Source: Burkholderiales bacterium (lineage in GTDB: Bacteria > Pseudomonadota > Gammaproteobacteria > Burkholderiales > SG8-39). Taken from it: a stretch of DNA of 57,600 nt. The position numbers were made by a program, and so were the translations under genes. Every line of letters starts with the position of its first letter. Positions within the stretch are counted from its first letter, which is position 1. Below are positions 42,419 through 50,071 of this stretch, in pieces. The DNA is taken from positions 1 through 57,600 of the forward strand of contig JBAUTZ010000102.1 in NCBI GenBank assembly GCA_049582445.1, in the 5' to 3' direction. Below the pieces are notes generated by a model. It was not told the origin of the DNA and did not search any database. It saw nothing but the letters and a program-made list of their open reading frames with translations.

Positions 42419-43045
42419 ATGGACACGCTCACCGATCGCCAGACTGAAATCCTGCGCCTCATCCGCGAACTGACCGAGGCGTCGGGGTATCCGCCGACCC
42501 GCGCCGAGATCGCACGCTCGATGGGATTCCGCTCGGTCAATGCGGCCGAGCAACACTTGCGCGCGCTGGAAAGGAAGGGAGCGCTCGAAATTTCTTCGGG
42601 TGCCTCGCGCGGCATTCGGGTGCGCGATCGCGCGCCCCATCGGCTTGGTCGATTGATGGAACTGCCGGTCGTCGGTCGGGTCGCGGCCGGCAGCCCGATC
42701 CTTGCGGAGGAGCATGTCCAGGGACGCTACCAAGTCGACCCCAATCTCTTCACGCCGCGCGCCGACTACCTCCTGCGGGTGCGAGGCCTGTCCATGCGCG
42801 ATGCCGGCATCCTGGAAGGGGATCTGCTGGCGGTACACCGTACCCAGGAGGCGCGCAGCGGCCAGATCGTCGTTGCGCGGCTTGCAGACGAGGTGACAGT
42901 GAAGCGGCTGCGTCGGCGTGGGCACGCCGTGCAACTGCTTCCCGAGAATCCGGATTTCTCGCCGATCGATCTCGATCTGCGCCGTGATTCGCTCACAATC
43001 GAGGGTATCGCCGTGGGCGTGATCCGCAACAGCAAGAATTTGTAA
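42419..43045 (+). CDS. lexA: LexA repressor
   Basis: [57 protein letters not shown]. Ala-Gly cleavage site in [10 protein letters not shown], catalytic Ser in [10 protein letters not shown], and Lys in VTVKRL. Confidence 0.97.
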   Translation: MDTLTDRQTEILRLIRELTEASGYPPTRAEIARSMGFRSVNAAEQHLRALERKGALEISSGASRGIRVRDRAPHRLGRLMELPVVGRVAAGSPILAEEHVQGRYQVDPNLFTPRADYLLRVRGLSMRDAGILEGDLLAVHRTQEARSGQIVVARLADEVTVKRLRRRGHAVQLLPENPDFSPIDLDLRRDSLTIEGIAVGVIRNSKNL

Positions 43046-43138
43046 AGCGGGGCTCAGGGGAGACCGGGGCGTGCGAATGCCGCGGGCGGCGGTGCCCGCT
43101 ATCCCCCTATAATGGTGGTCACGTTCCGCGCCCAATAA

Positions 43139-44968
43139 ATGGACCACGCCAAGGACGCAGCCTTTCTGGACCTGACCTCCGCGGCAGACACGCCCGTGTC
43201 GGCGCCGCCGGTACGTGAGCTAGCCGATCAGCGAAAGGTCTTCGCGGACCAGGTCGACCTGCTGTTCCGACATTCTCCGATGGGCGTCCTGATCACGATC
43301 GTGGTCGGGGGCATCGCCACCTATGAGTTGTGGGGCGAGCACAACAACGACTTGGTGAGTCTATGGTGCGTGATGATGCTCTTCATCGGCGCCGCCCGTC
43401 ATATACTCTACCGAGCCTACTACCGTCGGCGCGACGCCGACTACGGCAATTGGCTGCGCTGGTTCGCGATCGGGGCATTCGCCTCCGGTGCTGTATGGGG
43501 ATTCGCAGGAACGGTTTTTTTCCCCGCGCACACCGATGCTCAGCAGGTATTTCTCGCGTTCCTGCTCGCCGGTATCGTCGCGGGAGGAATACCGATCTAC
43601 TCGGCGGTCTGGTGGGTCTACGCGCTCTACGGCGTCGCCATCATCGTGCCGTTCACGTACATTCTGGCAACCTATGGCAGCCGCCAGTTCATCGAGCTGG
43701 CGGTCCTGGTCCCACTGTTCCTCGCCGTCAATATCAGCATCGCCATGCGGCTTTCGAGGGTGTTCGCCGACGGTTTCCGGCTGCGCCACGCCTACGCGCA
43801 CCTGGGACAGGACCACTCGATGCTCAACGCGCAGCTCCAGGAGCAGATCGAGGAACTCCTGCAGGCGCAGCGCGAGGTCGAAGCGTCGGGAAGGAAGCTC
43901 GCACTGTTCGCCGAACGAGCGCCTATTGCGGTGTTCGAGGTCGATCGCAACGGCACGATTCTGGAAATGAACCCCTCGGCCGAGAATACCTTCGGCTATT
44001 CCAGCACCGAGATGATCGGCCGCAGCATGATCCGGATGCTCATTCCGTCCGATGAGCCGGTGCTTAGCAGCGATTGGTGGAAGAATTTCGTGGCGGATGC
44101 CCATCCCGAGGCAGGCCTCAAGGTCCGGTGCCGCCGCCGCGACGCCGTTGAGCTGATTTGCGAATTCTCGCTCACCCCCCTCGTCAACGACGTCGGCGAG
44201 CTGATCTCCGTCATCACGCAGTGCCAGGACATTACCCAGCAGCTCGAGGCCGAGCGGCTGAAGAAGGAGTTTACGTCGACCTTGTCCCACGAGCTGCGCA
44301 CGCCGCTGACCTCTATCATCGGGTCGCTGCAGCTGATCAATACGGGCATGCTCGGGGACCTGGACAAGGAGGTCTCCGAGCTGACCAATATAGCCGAGCG
44401 GAATGGCCAGCGGCTGCTCGACTTGATCAACGATCTGCTCGATATCGACAAGATCGAATCGGGCAAGCTCACGACCTATCCCGAGCCGCTCTCACTCGAC
44501 GAGCTCGTTCGGGAATCGCTGATTCTGAACCGTGCGTTTGCCGATCGTTTCGGGGTACGCATGGCCCTGCGGGGCGAACCGGTTCCGATGACCGTCAATG
44601 CCGATAAGAAGCGGTTGATCCAGGTGATGACGAACCTGATGTCCAACGCCTCCAAGTTCTCGCCCGAGGGGGGGCTCGTCGAGGTCGGGCTGGATCTTGT
44701 TGATAACAACATGGCGCGCGTCAGCGTGATGGACCGTGGAAGCGGGATCCCGCCCGAGTTCCGCAGCCGCATATTCGGACGCTTCGCGCAAGCAGATTCG
44801 GCTGCGACTCGCCAGAAGGGCGGCACGGGCCTCGGCCTGGCGATCTGCAAGCGGCTCATCGAGCTGATGGGCGGGCGCATCGGCTTCGCCGACCGCGATG
44901 GCGGCGGTACCACTTTTTTCTTCGAGCTGCCGCTGATGGATCAGCCGCCGGCAGCCACATCAACGTAG
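43139..44968 (+). CDS. Membrane-bound PAS-domain sensor histidine kinase, non-hybrid
   Basis: ~230-aa polytopic N-terminus, a coiled coil, and a PAS region (APIAVFEVDRNGTILEMNPSAENTFGYSSTEMIGRSM). H-box FTSTLSHELRTPLTSI, N-box MTNLMSNASKFSP, and G-boxes DRGSGIP and GGTGLGLAICK. There is no receiver or Hpt domain. Confidence 0.9.
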   Translation: MDHAKDAAFLDLTSAADTPVSAPPVRELADQRKVFADQVDLLFRHSPMGVLITIVVGGIATYELWGEHNNDLVSLWCVMMLFIGAARHILYRAYYRRRDADYGNWLRWFAIGAFASGAVWGFAGTVFFPAHTDAQQVFLAFLLAGIVAGGIPIYSAVWWVYALYGVAIIVPFTYILATYGSRQFIELAVLVPLFLAVNISIAMRLSRVFADGFRLRHAYAHLGQDHSMLNAQLQEQIEELLQAQREVEASGRKLALFAERAPIAVFEVDRNGTILEMNPSAENTFGYSSTEMIGRSMIRMLIPSDEPVLSSDWWKNFVADAHPEAGLKVRCRRRDAVELICEFSLTPLVNDVGELISVITQCQDITQQLEAERLKKEFTSTLSHELRTPLTSIIGSLQLINTGMLGDLDKEVSELTNIAERNGQRLLDLINDLLDIDKIESGKLTTYPEPLSLDELVRESLILNRAFADRFGVRMALRGEPVPMTVNADKKRLIQVMTNLMSNASKFSPEGGLVEVGLDLVDNNMARVSVMDRGSGIPPEFRSRIFGRFAQADSAATRQKGGTGLGLAICKRLIELMGGRIGFADRDGGGTTFFFELPLMDQPPAATST

Positions 44969-44980
44969 CGAGGTCTGCGC

Positions 44981-45370
44981 ATGCCAGCCACCCCACTGAA
45001 CCGAATCTGCTACGTCGAGGACGACGAGGACATCCAGCGTATCGTGCGCATGTCGCTGGAGCGCGTGGGCAAAATGACCGTCAGGGTTGTGGGCGACCCG
45101 GCCGATGCCATAGACGCGATAAAGGAATTCAAACCAGACCTTGTGATGCTGGACTGGATGATGCCTGGCATGGACGGGCCGACACTGTTTCGCAAGATGC
45201 GCGAGATGCCCGAGGTGCGGCACTTGCCGGTCGTCTTCATTACGGCGAAGGCCTCGTCGGCCGAAATGGACGAACTGCGCGCCATGGGCGCAGCCGGCGC
45301 GATTTCCAAGCCCTTTTCGCCTAAGGACTTGCCCGACCAGCTGCGCGGCATCTGGAGCGCCCTGCCCTGA
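44981..45370 (+). CDS. Single-domain (CheY-like) response regulator
   Basis: 129 aa. Acidic pocket YVEDDED, phospho-acceptor context LVMLDWMMPGMDG, then FITAK and ISKPF. GAGG lies 8 nt upstream of the ATG. Confidence 0.92.
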   Translation: MPATPLNRICYVEDDEDIQRIVRMSLERVGKMTVRVVGDPADAIDAIKEFKPDLVMLDWMMPGMDGPTLFRKMREMPEVRHLPVVFITAKASSAEMDELRAMGAAGAISKPFSPKDLPDQLRGIWSALP

Positions 45371-45388
45371 AGGGGCGAAATACGCGCC

Positions 45389-46618
45389 CTAGATCATGAC
45401 GTCCTTGACGCTGATGCCTGAACGCCCGTACTCGAGCGTGCGCCGGATTCGATAGATCTCGTCCGCACTGATCTTCGGTCCACGCGAAAGGTCGATCAGC
45501 TTCTGCGGCCGGATCGGATTCCCCTTGTCATCGCGCACCACCATGACGCGCGGCTGGAGACGCTTCGCGACGTTTTGCGAAATGACGATCCCTACCTCTC
45601 CGTTGTTCAGCTCGACCACGCTGCCGACGGGAAAGACTCCGATGCAGCGGATGAATTCTTCGACCAGAACGGGGTTGAAGGCCTTTCCGCGCCACTTGTG
45701 GAGCATCCCGAGCGCGTTCGACGGTGTCATCGGCTCGGCATATGGACGCTTGGCGGTCATCGCGCAATACGTGTCCACAATGCCGGCACAGCCGCCGATG
45801 GTGCCGAGCGCTTCCTTGCTCAGACCCTGCGGATAGCCCGTCCCGTCGAAACGTTCATGATGCATTGCCGCAATGTCTGCGATGTCGGCTGACATTCCCG
45901 GAGTGCCGTGCAAGATCTCTACCCCCCGCGTGACGTGATTCCGGACGAGCTTTTGTTCATCCGGATCCAACGGACCGGTCTTTCCGACGACGTCCTCGGG
46001 CAACTCCAACATCCCGATGTCCTGCAACAGCCCAACCATTCCCGCACGCTCGATGTCGTCCTCGGTCATGCCCAGGAATCTGGCGAACATGATCATGTAG
46101 ATCGACCCTTGCATCGCCCGATCGAGAAAGTATCCGCCTCGCTCCCTTAGCGCGGAGAACAGCACGAGCGCATCGGGGTTCCGCATCACGCTCGCGGTCA
46201 TTTCGGTCACGGCCGCTCTGATCGCCATGCCGTCGAGTTCGGCATCCTTTCCCAAGGAGGATGCGACGGACTCCCATGTGGTCTTTGCGGCCGAGTACGC
46301 GGTCTCCGCGCGGTTAAGCTCCAACTCAACCGACACACGCGTTACGTGCTCCACGCGCCGAATGCCGCGCGGCAACGTGCCGCGCGACACCGCGGACTGC
46401 TGCCCCACGAGCGGTTCTCGCCTGATCACGTTCGGCTCGTCGCTGCGCTCCACGTCGATATAAACTTCCTTGCAGAACTTGCGCAGGGTTTCGAGCTGCT
46501 CGGGTTCGCTCAGCAGGAATCCCTGGAATAGGAAGGGCGTCTCGGTCCAGGGACGGTCGAGCTGGGTGACGTACATCCCGAACTTGAGCTCGCCGACGCT
46601 TATTTTCTTGCTGATCAC
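45389..46618 (-). CDS. DUF3391-type N-terminus plus HD-GYP domain protein with degenerate metal-binding motifs
   Basis: GTG start. MISKKISVGELKFGMYVTQLDRPW, RNHVTRGVEIL and HHERFDGTGYPQGL are present, but the canonical LLHDIGK reads LLQDIGM and DxxDA reads DTYCA. Confidence 0.85.
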   Translation of the reverse strand: MISKKISVGELKFGMYVTQLDRPWTETPFLFQGFLLSEPEQLETLRKFCKEVYIDVERSDEPNVIRREPLVGQQSAVSRGTLPRGIRRVEHVTRVSVELELNRAETAYSAAKTTWESVASSLGKDAELDGMAIRAAVTEMTASVMRNPDALVLFSALRERGGYFLDRAMQGSIYMIMFARFLGMTEDDIERAGMVGLLQDIGMLELPEDVVGKTGPLDPDEQKLVRNHVTRGVEILHGTPGMSADIADIAAMHHERFDGTGYPQGLSKEALGTIGGCAGIVDTYCAMTAKRPYAEPMTPSNALGMLHKWRGKAFNPVLVEEFIRCIGVFPVGSVVELNNGEVGIVISQNVAKRLQPRVMVVRDDKGNPIRPQKLIDLSRGPKISADEIYRIRRTLEYGRSGISVKDVMI

Positions 46619-46654
46619 GGTTTTACTTGCCTCTAGACCGCCTCACTCCCGGGC

Positions 46655-47920
46655 TCAGGCAGCCCTCGCCACGGAGGCTTCGCCGCCAGCGGGCTCCTGA
46701 TAGTACTTACGCGCAAGGAATCCGATCACCTCGTCCGCATTGCGAAAGCGGGCATCGCGATCCTTCTCGACCAGTTTGTCGACCAGACGCTGGTAGGCGA
46801 CCAGCGCCTCCGGTAGTGCCGGCGGCGGTTTGTTCAGGTGTTGCAATGCGACCTCGATTGCCGTCGGCGCATCGAACAGATGCTTTCCGCTCAGCATCTG
46901 GTAGAGGAGAACACCGGCGCTGTAGATGTCCGTTCTGAGGTCGAGCGCCATTCCACGCACCTGCTCGGGACTCATGTAGCGTGGCGTGCCAAGGACCTCG
47001 CCGTGGCTGGTACGGTCCACGGAGTCGATGTGCTTGGCGATGCCGAAGTCCACGATCGCCAGGCTTCCGTCGGAGCGGAACATCAGGTTCTGCGGTTTCA
47101 GGTCCCGGTGCAAGACCCCGCACTCGTGGATGTCGCCCAGCGCGAACATCAGCTCGCGAAATATGCGCAGCGCCTCGGACGGCGGTGCCGCCTTACCGCC
47201 AAGGCGCTTGTTGAGATCGCCTCCGTCGAAAAATTCCATGACCAGGTAGGCGTGCCCTTCCGATACGCCGTGGCCGTGAATCTTCGCGACGTGCCGGCTT
47301 CGAATTCGTTCGGCGAGGCTGTATTCTTCCATGAAGCGGTCGAGCGCGAGCTTGTCATCCGTCACCTCGGTGCGCAGAATCTTCACCACCAGCGGCTCGT
47401 CGTCCTTTTCCCGCGAAGCGAGATATACGCGGGACATGCCCCCCTCGCCGATCAGCCGCAGAACGCGAATCCCCGGAATCCTGATGCGCGCACCGAGGAG
47501 ATGCCCTTCCAGCCGCGCCGCAAGCTCGGGCGAAAGCGTGCGTTCGTCCTCTACGTGCGTGAGATCGCGGAGCGACGTTACCAGTCGCTCGCGCGTGAGC
47601 TCCTGTTTGCGCTGATAGTCGTCCGCGCCAGCCTTCATCGCGCGCACGGCGATGATTTCGTTTCCTGCGCCCGTCAGGAACAGAATTGGGGGGCAGTCCT
47701 TGCGCTGCTTGAACGCTTGCAGCCACTCGAGGCCGTCGCCGCGACCGAGCATATAGTCAAGGATGATGACGTCGTAATGTCCCAGCGGAAAATCATTGCC
47801 GGGCATGTCCCGCGTCAGAGGATCAAACTGCTCGACGTCTGCACTGGGCCATTGCTGTCGAATGTAATGCGCGAGAAGGCTCCGCAGATCCTCGTCGTCG
47901 TCGATGATCAGCGCGCGCAT
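46655..47920 (-). CDS. Receiver domain fused to a Hanks-type Ser/Thr protein kinase
   Basis: The ATG at 47920 gives MRALIIDDDEDLRSLL...DVIILDYMLGRGDG...FLTGAG (REC). The kinase part has GEGGMSRVYLA, VVKIL, HRDLKPQNLMF, DFGIAK and GTPRYMSPEQ. Confidence 0.9.
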   Translation of the reverse strand: MRALIIDDDEDLRSLLAHYIRQQWPSADVEQFDPLTRDMPGNDFPLGHYDVIILDYMLGRGDGLEWLQAFKQRKDCPPILFLTGAGNEIIAVRAMKAGADDYQRKQELTRERLVTSLRDLTHVEDERTLSPELAARLEGHLLGARIRIPGIRVLRLIGEGGMSRVYLASREKDDEPLVVKILRTEVTDDKLALDRFMEEYSLAERIRSRHVAKIHGHGVSEGHAYLVMEFFDGGDLNKRLGGKAAPPSEALRIFRELMFALGDIHECGVLHRDLKPQNLMFRSDGSLAIVDFGIAKHIDSVDRTSHGEVLGTPRYMSPEQVRGMALDLRTDIYSAGVLLYQMLSGKHLFDAPTAIEVALQHLNKPPPALPEALVAYQRLVDKLVEKDRDARFRNADEVIGFLARKYYQEPAGGEASVARAA

Positions 47921-47927
47921 CTGTATA

Positions 47928-49058
47928 TCAGACCCGCACGGCGTATACCGGCACGGACTCGGCCTTGCCTCGCAAGGTGATGTCACCGCGGGGCGCCATC
48001 GTGCCGGCCGGCAGCAGGTCGCGAACCGCCTCATATACACGTCCGCAAACCAGAATCTCGTTGGCGTTCGCGGCCTGCATCAGGCGCGCGGCCGTGGCGA
48101 CGGGGTCGCCGATCACCGTGTAGTTCATGTAGTGCGGGGATCCGACGTTCGCGATGATCGCTTCGCCCATGCAGATGCCAACGCCGACTCCCGTCCGCAC
48201 ACCGAGGCGCCGTTCCCACCTTGCGGACACCGGCGCAAAGCGGCTCACCATATCCTGCGCCGCCCGCAGCGCACGAGTCGCCGCGTCGCTCTGCAGGAAC
48301 GGCACGTTGAAGCCGATCAGCAGGCTGTCGCCCGACATGCTGAAGACCGTGCCGTCGTGCTGATACGCCGCATCGGTGAGGATCGAGAAATACTCGTTAA
48401 GCATCTCTACCACCTCGCCCACCTCGCCCCCTTCCGTGAGGCTGGAAAGTCCTCTCAGGTCGGCGAATACCGCTACAACGTTAATCCTCTGCGCGTTCCC
48501 TTTGAACGGGCCACCCTCTATGCCGATGTCCTGGATGATGCGGTCGGCCAGCCGCGGCGAGATGTAGCGCGAGAAGGCCTTCCGGATCGCCTCCTTGCGT
48601 TGAATTTCCGCCGACTGGCGCCTCGTCTCCAGCTCGCGTCGGGTCTCGTGCAGACGGCGCAGCGTGTTGACGCGCGCCAGAAGTTCCGACGGATTGACGG
48701 GTTTCGACAGAAAATCATCGGCCCCTGCCTCGATACCCTTTACGCGACTGTCTTTATCCTCGAGCGCCGTGATCAATACGATCGGCATCAGGGCCGTGTC
48801 GTGCCGGGACTTCAGCTTCTTGCATATGTCGAATCCGCTCGGGCCGGGCATCATGACGTCGAGCAGCACAAGGTCCGGGCGCTCCGCGGCAACGCGTTCC
48901 AGCGCCGCGTCGCCGTCGCCGGCCGTGTCGACGACGATGCCTTGCTTGCGCAGGAGGTGCGCAAGAAATCCAGTCATGTCCGGATCATCGTCGACGACGA
49001 GCACCCTGAACGCGGCTTCGGTTCGCGGCGAGAGATTTACGGAGGCGACCTCAGCCAT
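47928..49058 (-). CDS. Receiver domain, coiled-coil linker and class III nucleotidyl cyclase domain (non-canonical active-site positions)
   Basis: The ATG at 49058 gives MAEVASVNLSPRTEAAFRVLVVDDDPD...LVLLDVMMPGPSG...ITAL...SKP (REC). Linker FSRYISPRLADRI. Cyclase motifs are VAVFADLRGLSSL, GTVFSMSGDSLLIGF and YTVIGDPVATAARL. Confidence 0.88.
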   Translation of the reverse strand: MAEVASVNLSPRTEAAFRVLVVDDDPDMTGFLAHLLRKQGIVVDTAGDGDAALERVAAERPDLVLLDVMMPGPSGFDICKKLKSRHDTALMPIVLITALEDKDSRVKGIEAGADDFLSKPVNPSELLARVNTLRRLHETRRELETRRQSAEIQRKEAIRKAFSRYISPRLADRIIQDIGIEGGPFKGNAQRINVVAVFADLRGLSSLTEGGEVGEVVEMLNEYFSILTDAAYQHDGTVFSMSGDSLLIGFNVPFLQSDAATRALRAAQDMVSRFAPVSARWERRLGVRTGVGVGICMGEAIIANVGSPHYMNYTVIGDPVATAARLMQAANANEILVCGRVYEAVRDLLPAGTMAPRGDITLRGKAESVPVYAVRV

Positions 49059-49356
49059 ATACGATGCTGACGCGCCCCAGGAATTCGTCGTACTCGGCAA
49101 TGCAGGTTTCGAGCGCGGCCCGGTCACCGCTGCGCGCCCCGTCCTCGATCCGCTTCCCCAGCACCGATACCTTCTCGAAGCCATACGAATTTCCGACACC
49201 CTTCATGCGATGACCCAGCTGCCGAAGCTGTTCCAGGTCAAGGGCCGCAAGCGCCGAACGCAGGGTCTCGAGTTCCTTCTTGCGGTTGCTCATGAACATC
49301 GGAATGAGGTCTTCGAGGTCCTTGGGAACGGTAACGATATATGCGCTCTCGGTCAT
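49051..49356 (-). CDS. Stand-alone histidine phosphotransfer (Hpt) protein
   Basis: 101 aa. The LRQLGHRMKGVGNSYGF motif is the HxxKG phospho-histidine signature. The stop overlaps the cyclase start by 8 nt (ATGGCTGA). Confidence 0.85.
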   Translation of the reverse strand: MTESAYIVTVPKDLEDLIPMFMSNRKKELETLRSALAALDLEQLRQLGHRMKGVGNSYGFEKVSVLGKRIEDGARSGDRAALETCIAEYDEFLGRVSIVYG

Positions 49357-49522
49357 GGCTGCTTCTGTTCCCCTCTAGGTGGTGGCCAGGCGCACGAATT
49401 GCCTGCGTTGCCCGTCCACGACGCCATGATTTTATAGGCAATTAACGCCACGCCCGACCCCTGGATCGTCAATCCTGTACCGGGGATTGTTAATTCGTGT
49501 CCAAGTGCCCGCCGTGCGCTCA

Positions 49523-50047
49523 TCATGGTCTGGCGCCGCCGACGACTTCGCGTGCACGCGCCAGATGCGGATGCAAGGAGAGGGCACAGGAAAACGCATA
49601 TCTGGCCGCCTCCTCTTGATGGTCACCCAGAAGGATCTCGCCGAAGCTGCACAGCGCTCCGAAATGACGTGGCTCGAGTTCCAGCGTCCGGCGAAGATCG
49701 AGGACGCAAGGTTCATCGTATTCCAGCAGGTAATACAGCGTCGCCCGCTTGTGCCAGGCCTCGGCGAAGTCCGGCGCGCATCGCAGCAGGCGGTGCAGAC
49801 GGGTCTCCGCGATGTCGTAGCGGCGCGCCGCAATATCACGGGTTGCAAGCTCGAGCGCTTCGGCCGCGGACCGATGAGGGTGGTACATCCATAGGTCCCA
49901 TATGCGATCCTCGGTCACGCTGGCCTCGTCCTGCCTCGAGCAGTGCGCGAGACGGCGAAACAGTACATCGAGCGCGGGGAAAGGACGTGCTGGCCGCCGC
50001 ATCCGCCGTGCAGCGATCAAGCAGAGTGTGTCCGTGTATCCGGGCAT
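49523..50047 (-). CDS. Small TPR-like repeat protein, function unknown; start uncertain
   Basis: PDFAEAWHKRATLYYLLEYDEPCVLDLRRTLELEPRHFGALCSFGEILLGDHQEEAARYAFSCALSLHP reads as TPR-type helical hairpins. It begins 24 nt after the dnaE2 stop on the same strand. Confidence 0.6.
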   Translation of the reverse strand: MPGYTDTLCLIAARRMRRPARPFPALDVLFRRLAHCSRQDEASVTEDRIWDLWMYHPHRSAAEALELATRDIAARRYDIAETRLHRLLRCAPDFAEAWHKRATLYYLLEYDEPCVLDLRRTLELEPRHFGALCSFGEILLGDHQEEAARYAFSCALSLHPHLARAREVVGGARP

Positions 50048-50071
50048 CGCTTGCTTCGGATGTTAGCACTG

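Noticed and set aside
45371-45388. Short GC hairpin (GGGCG...CGCCC) between the convergent REC and HD-GYP genes as a bidirectional terminator.
   Set aside because: The stem is only ~4-5 bp with a mismatch and has no flanking T/A runs. Too weak to call.
47928-49058. The non-canonical cyclase as a CBASS- or Pycsar-type antiphage cyclase.
   Set aside because: It has an N-terminal receiver domain and a cyclase-transducer-type linker typical of signalling cyclases. No effector gene (TIR, patatin, pore-forming TM protein, nuclease) is adjacent, and the neighbours are two-component parts.
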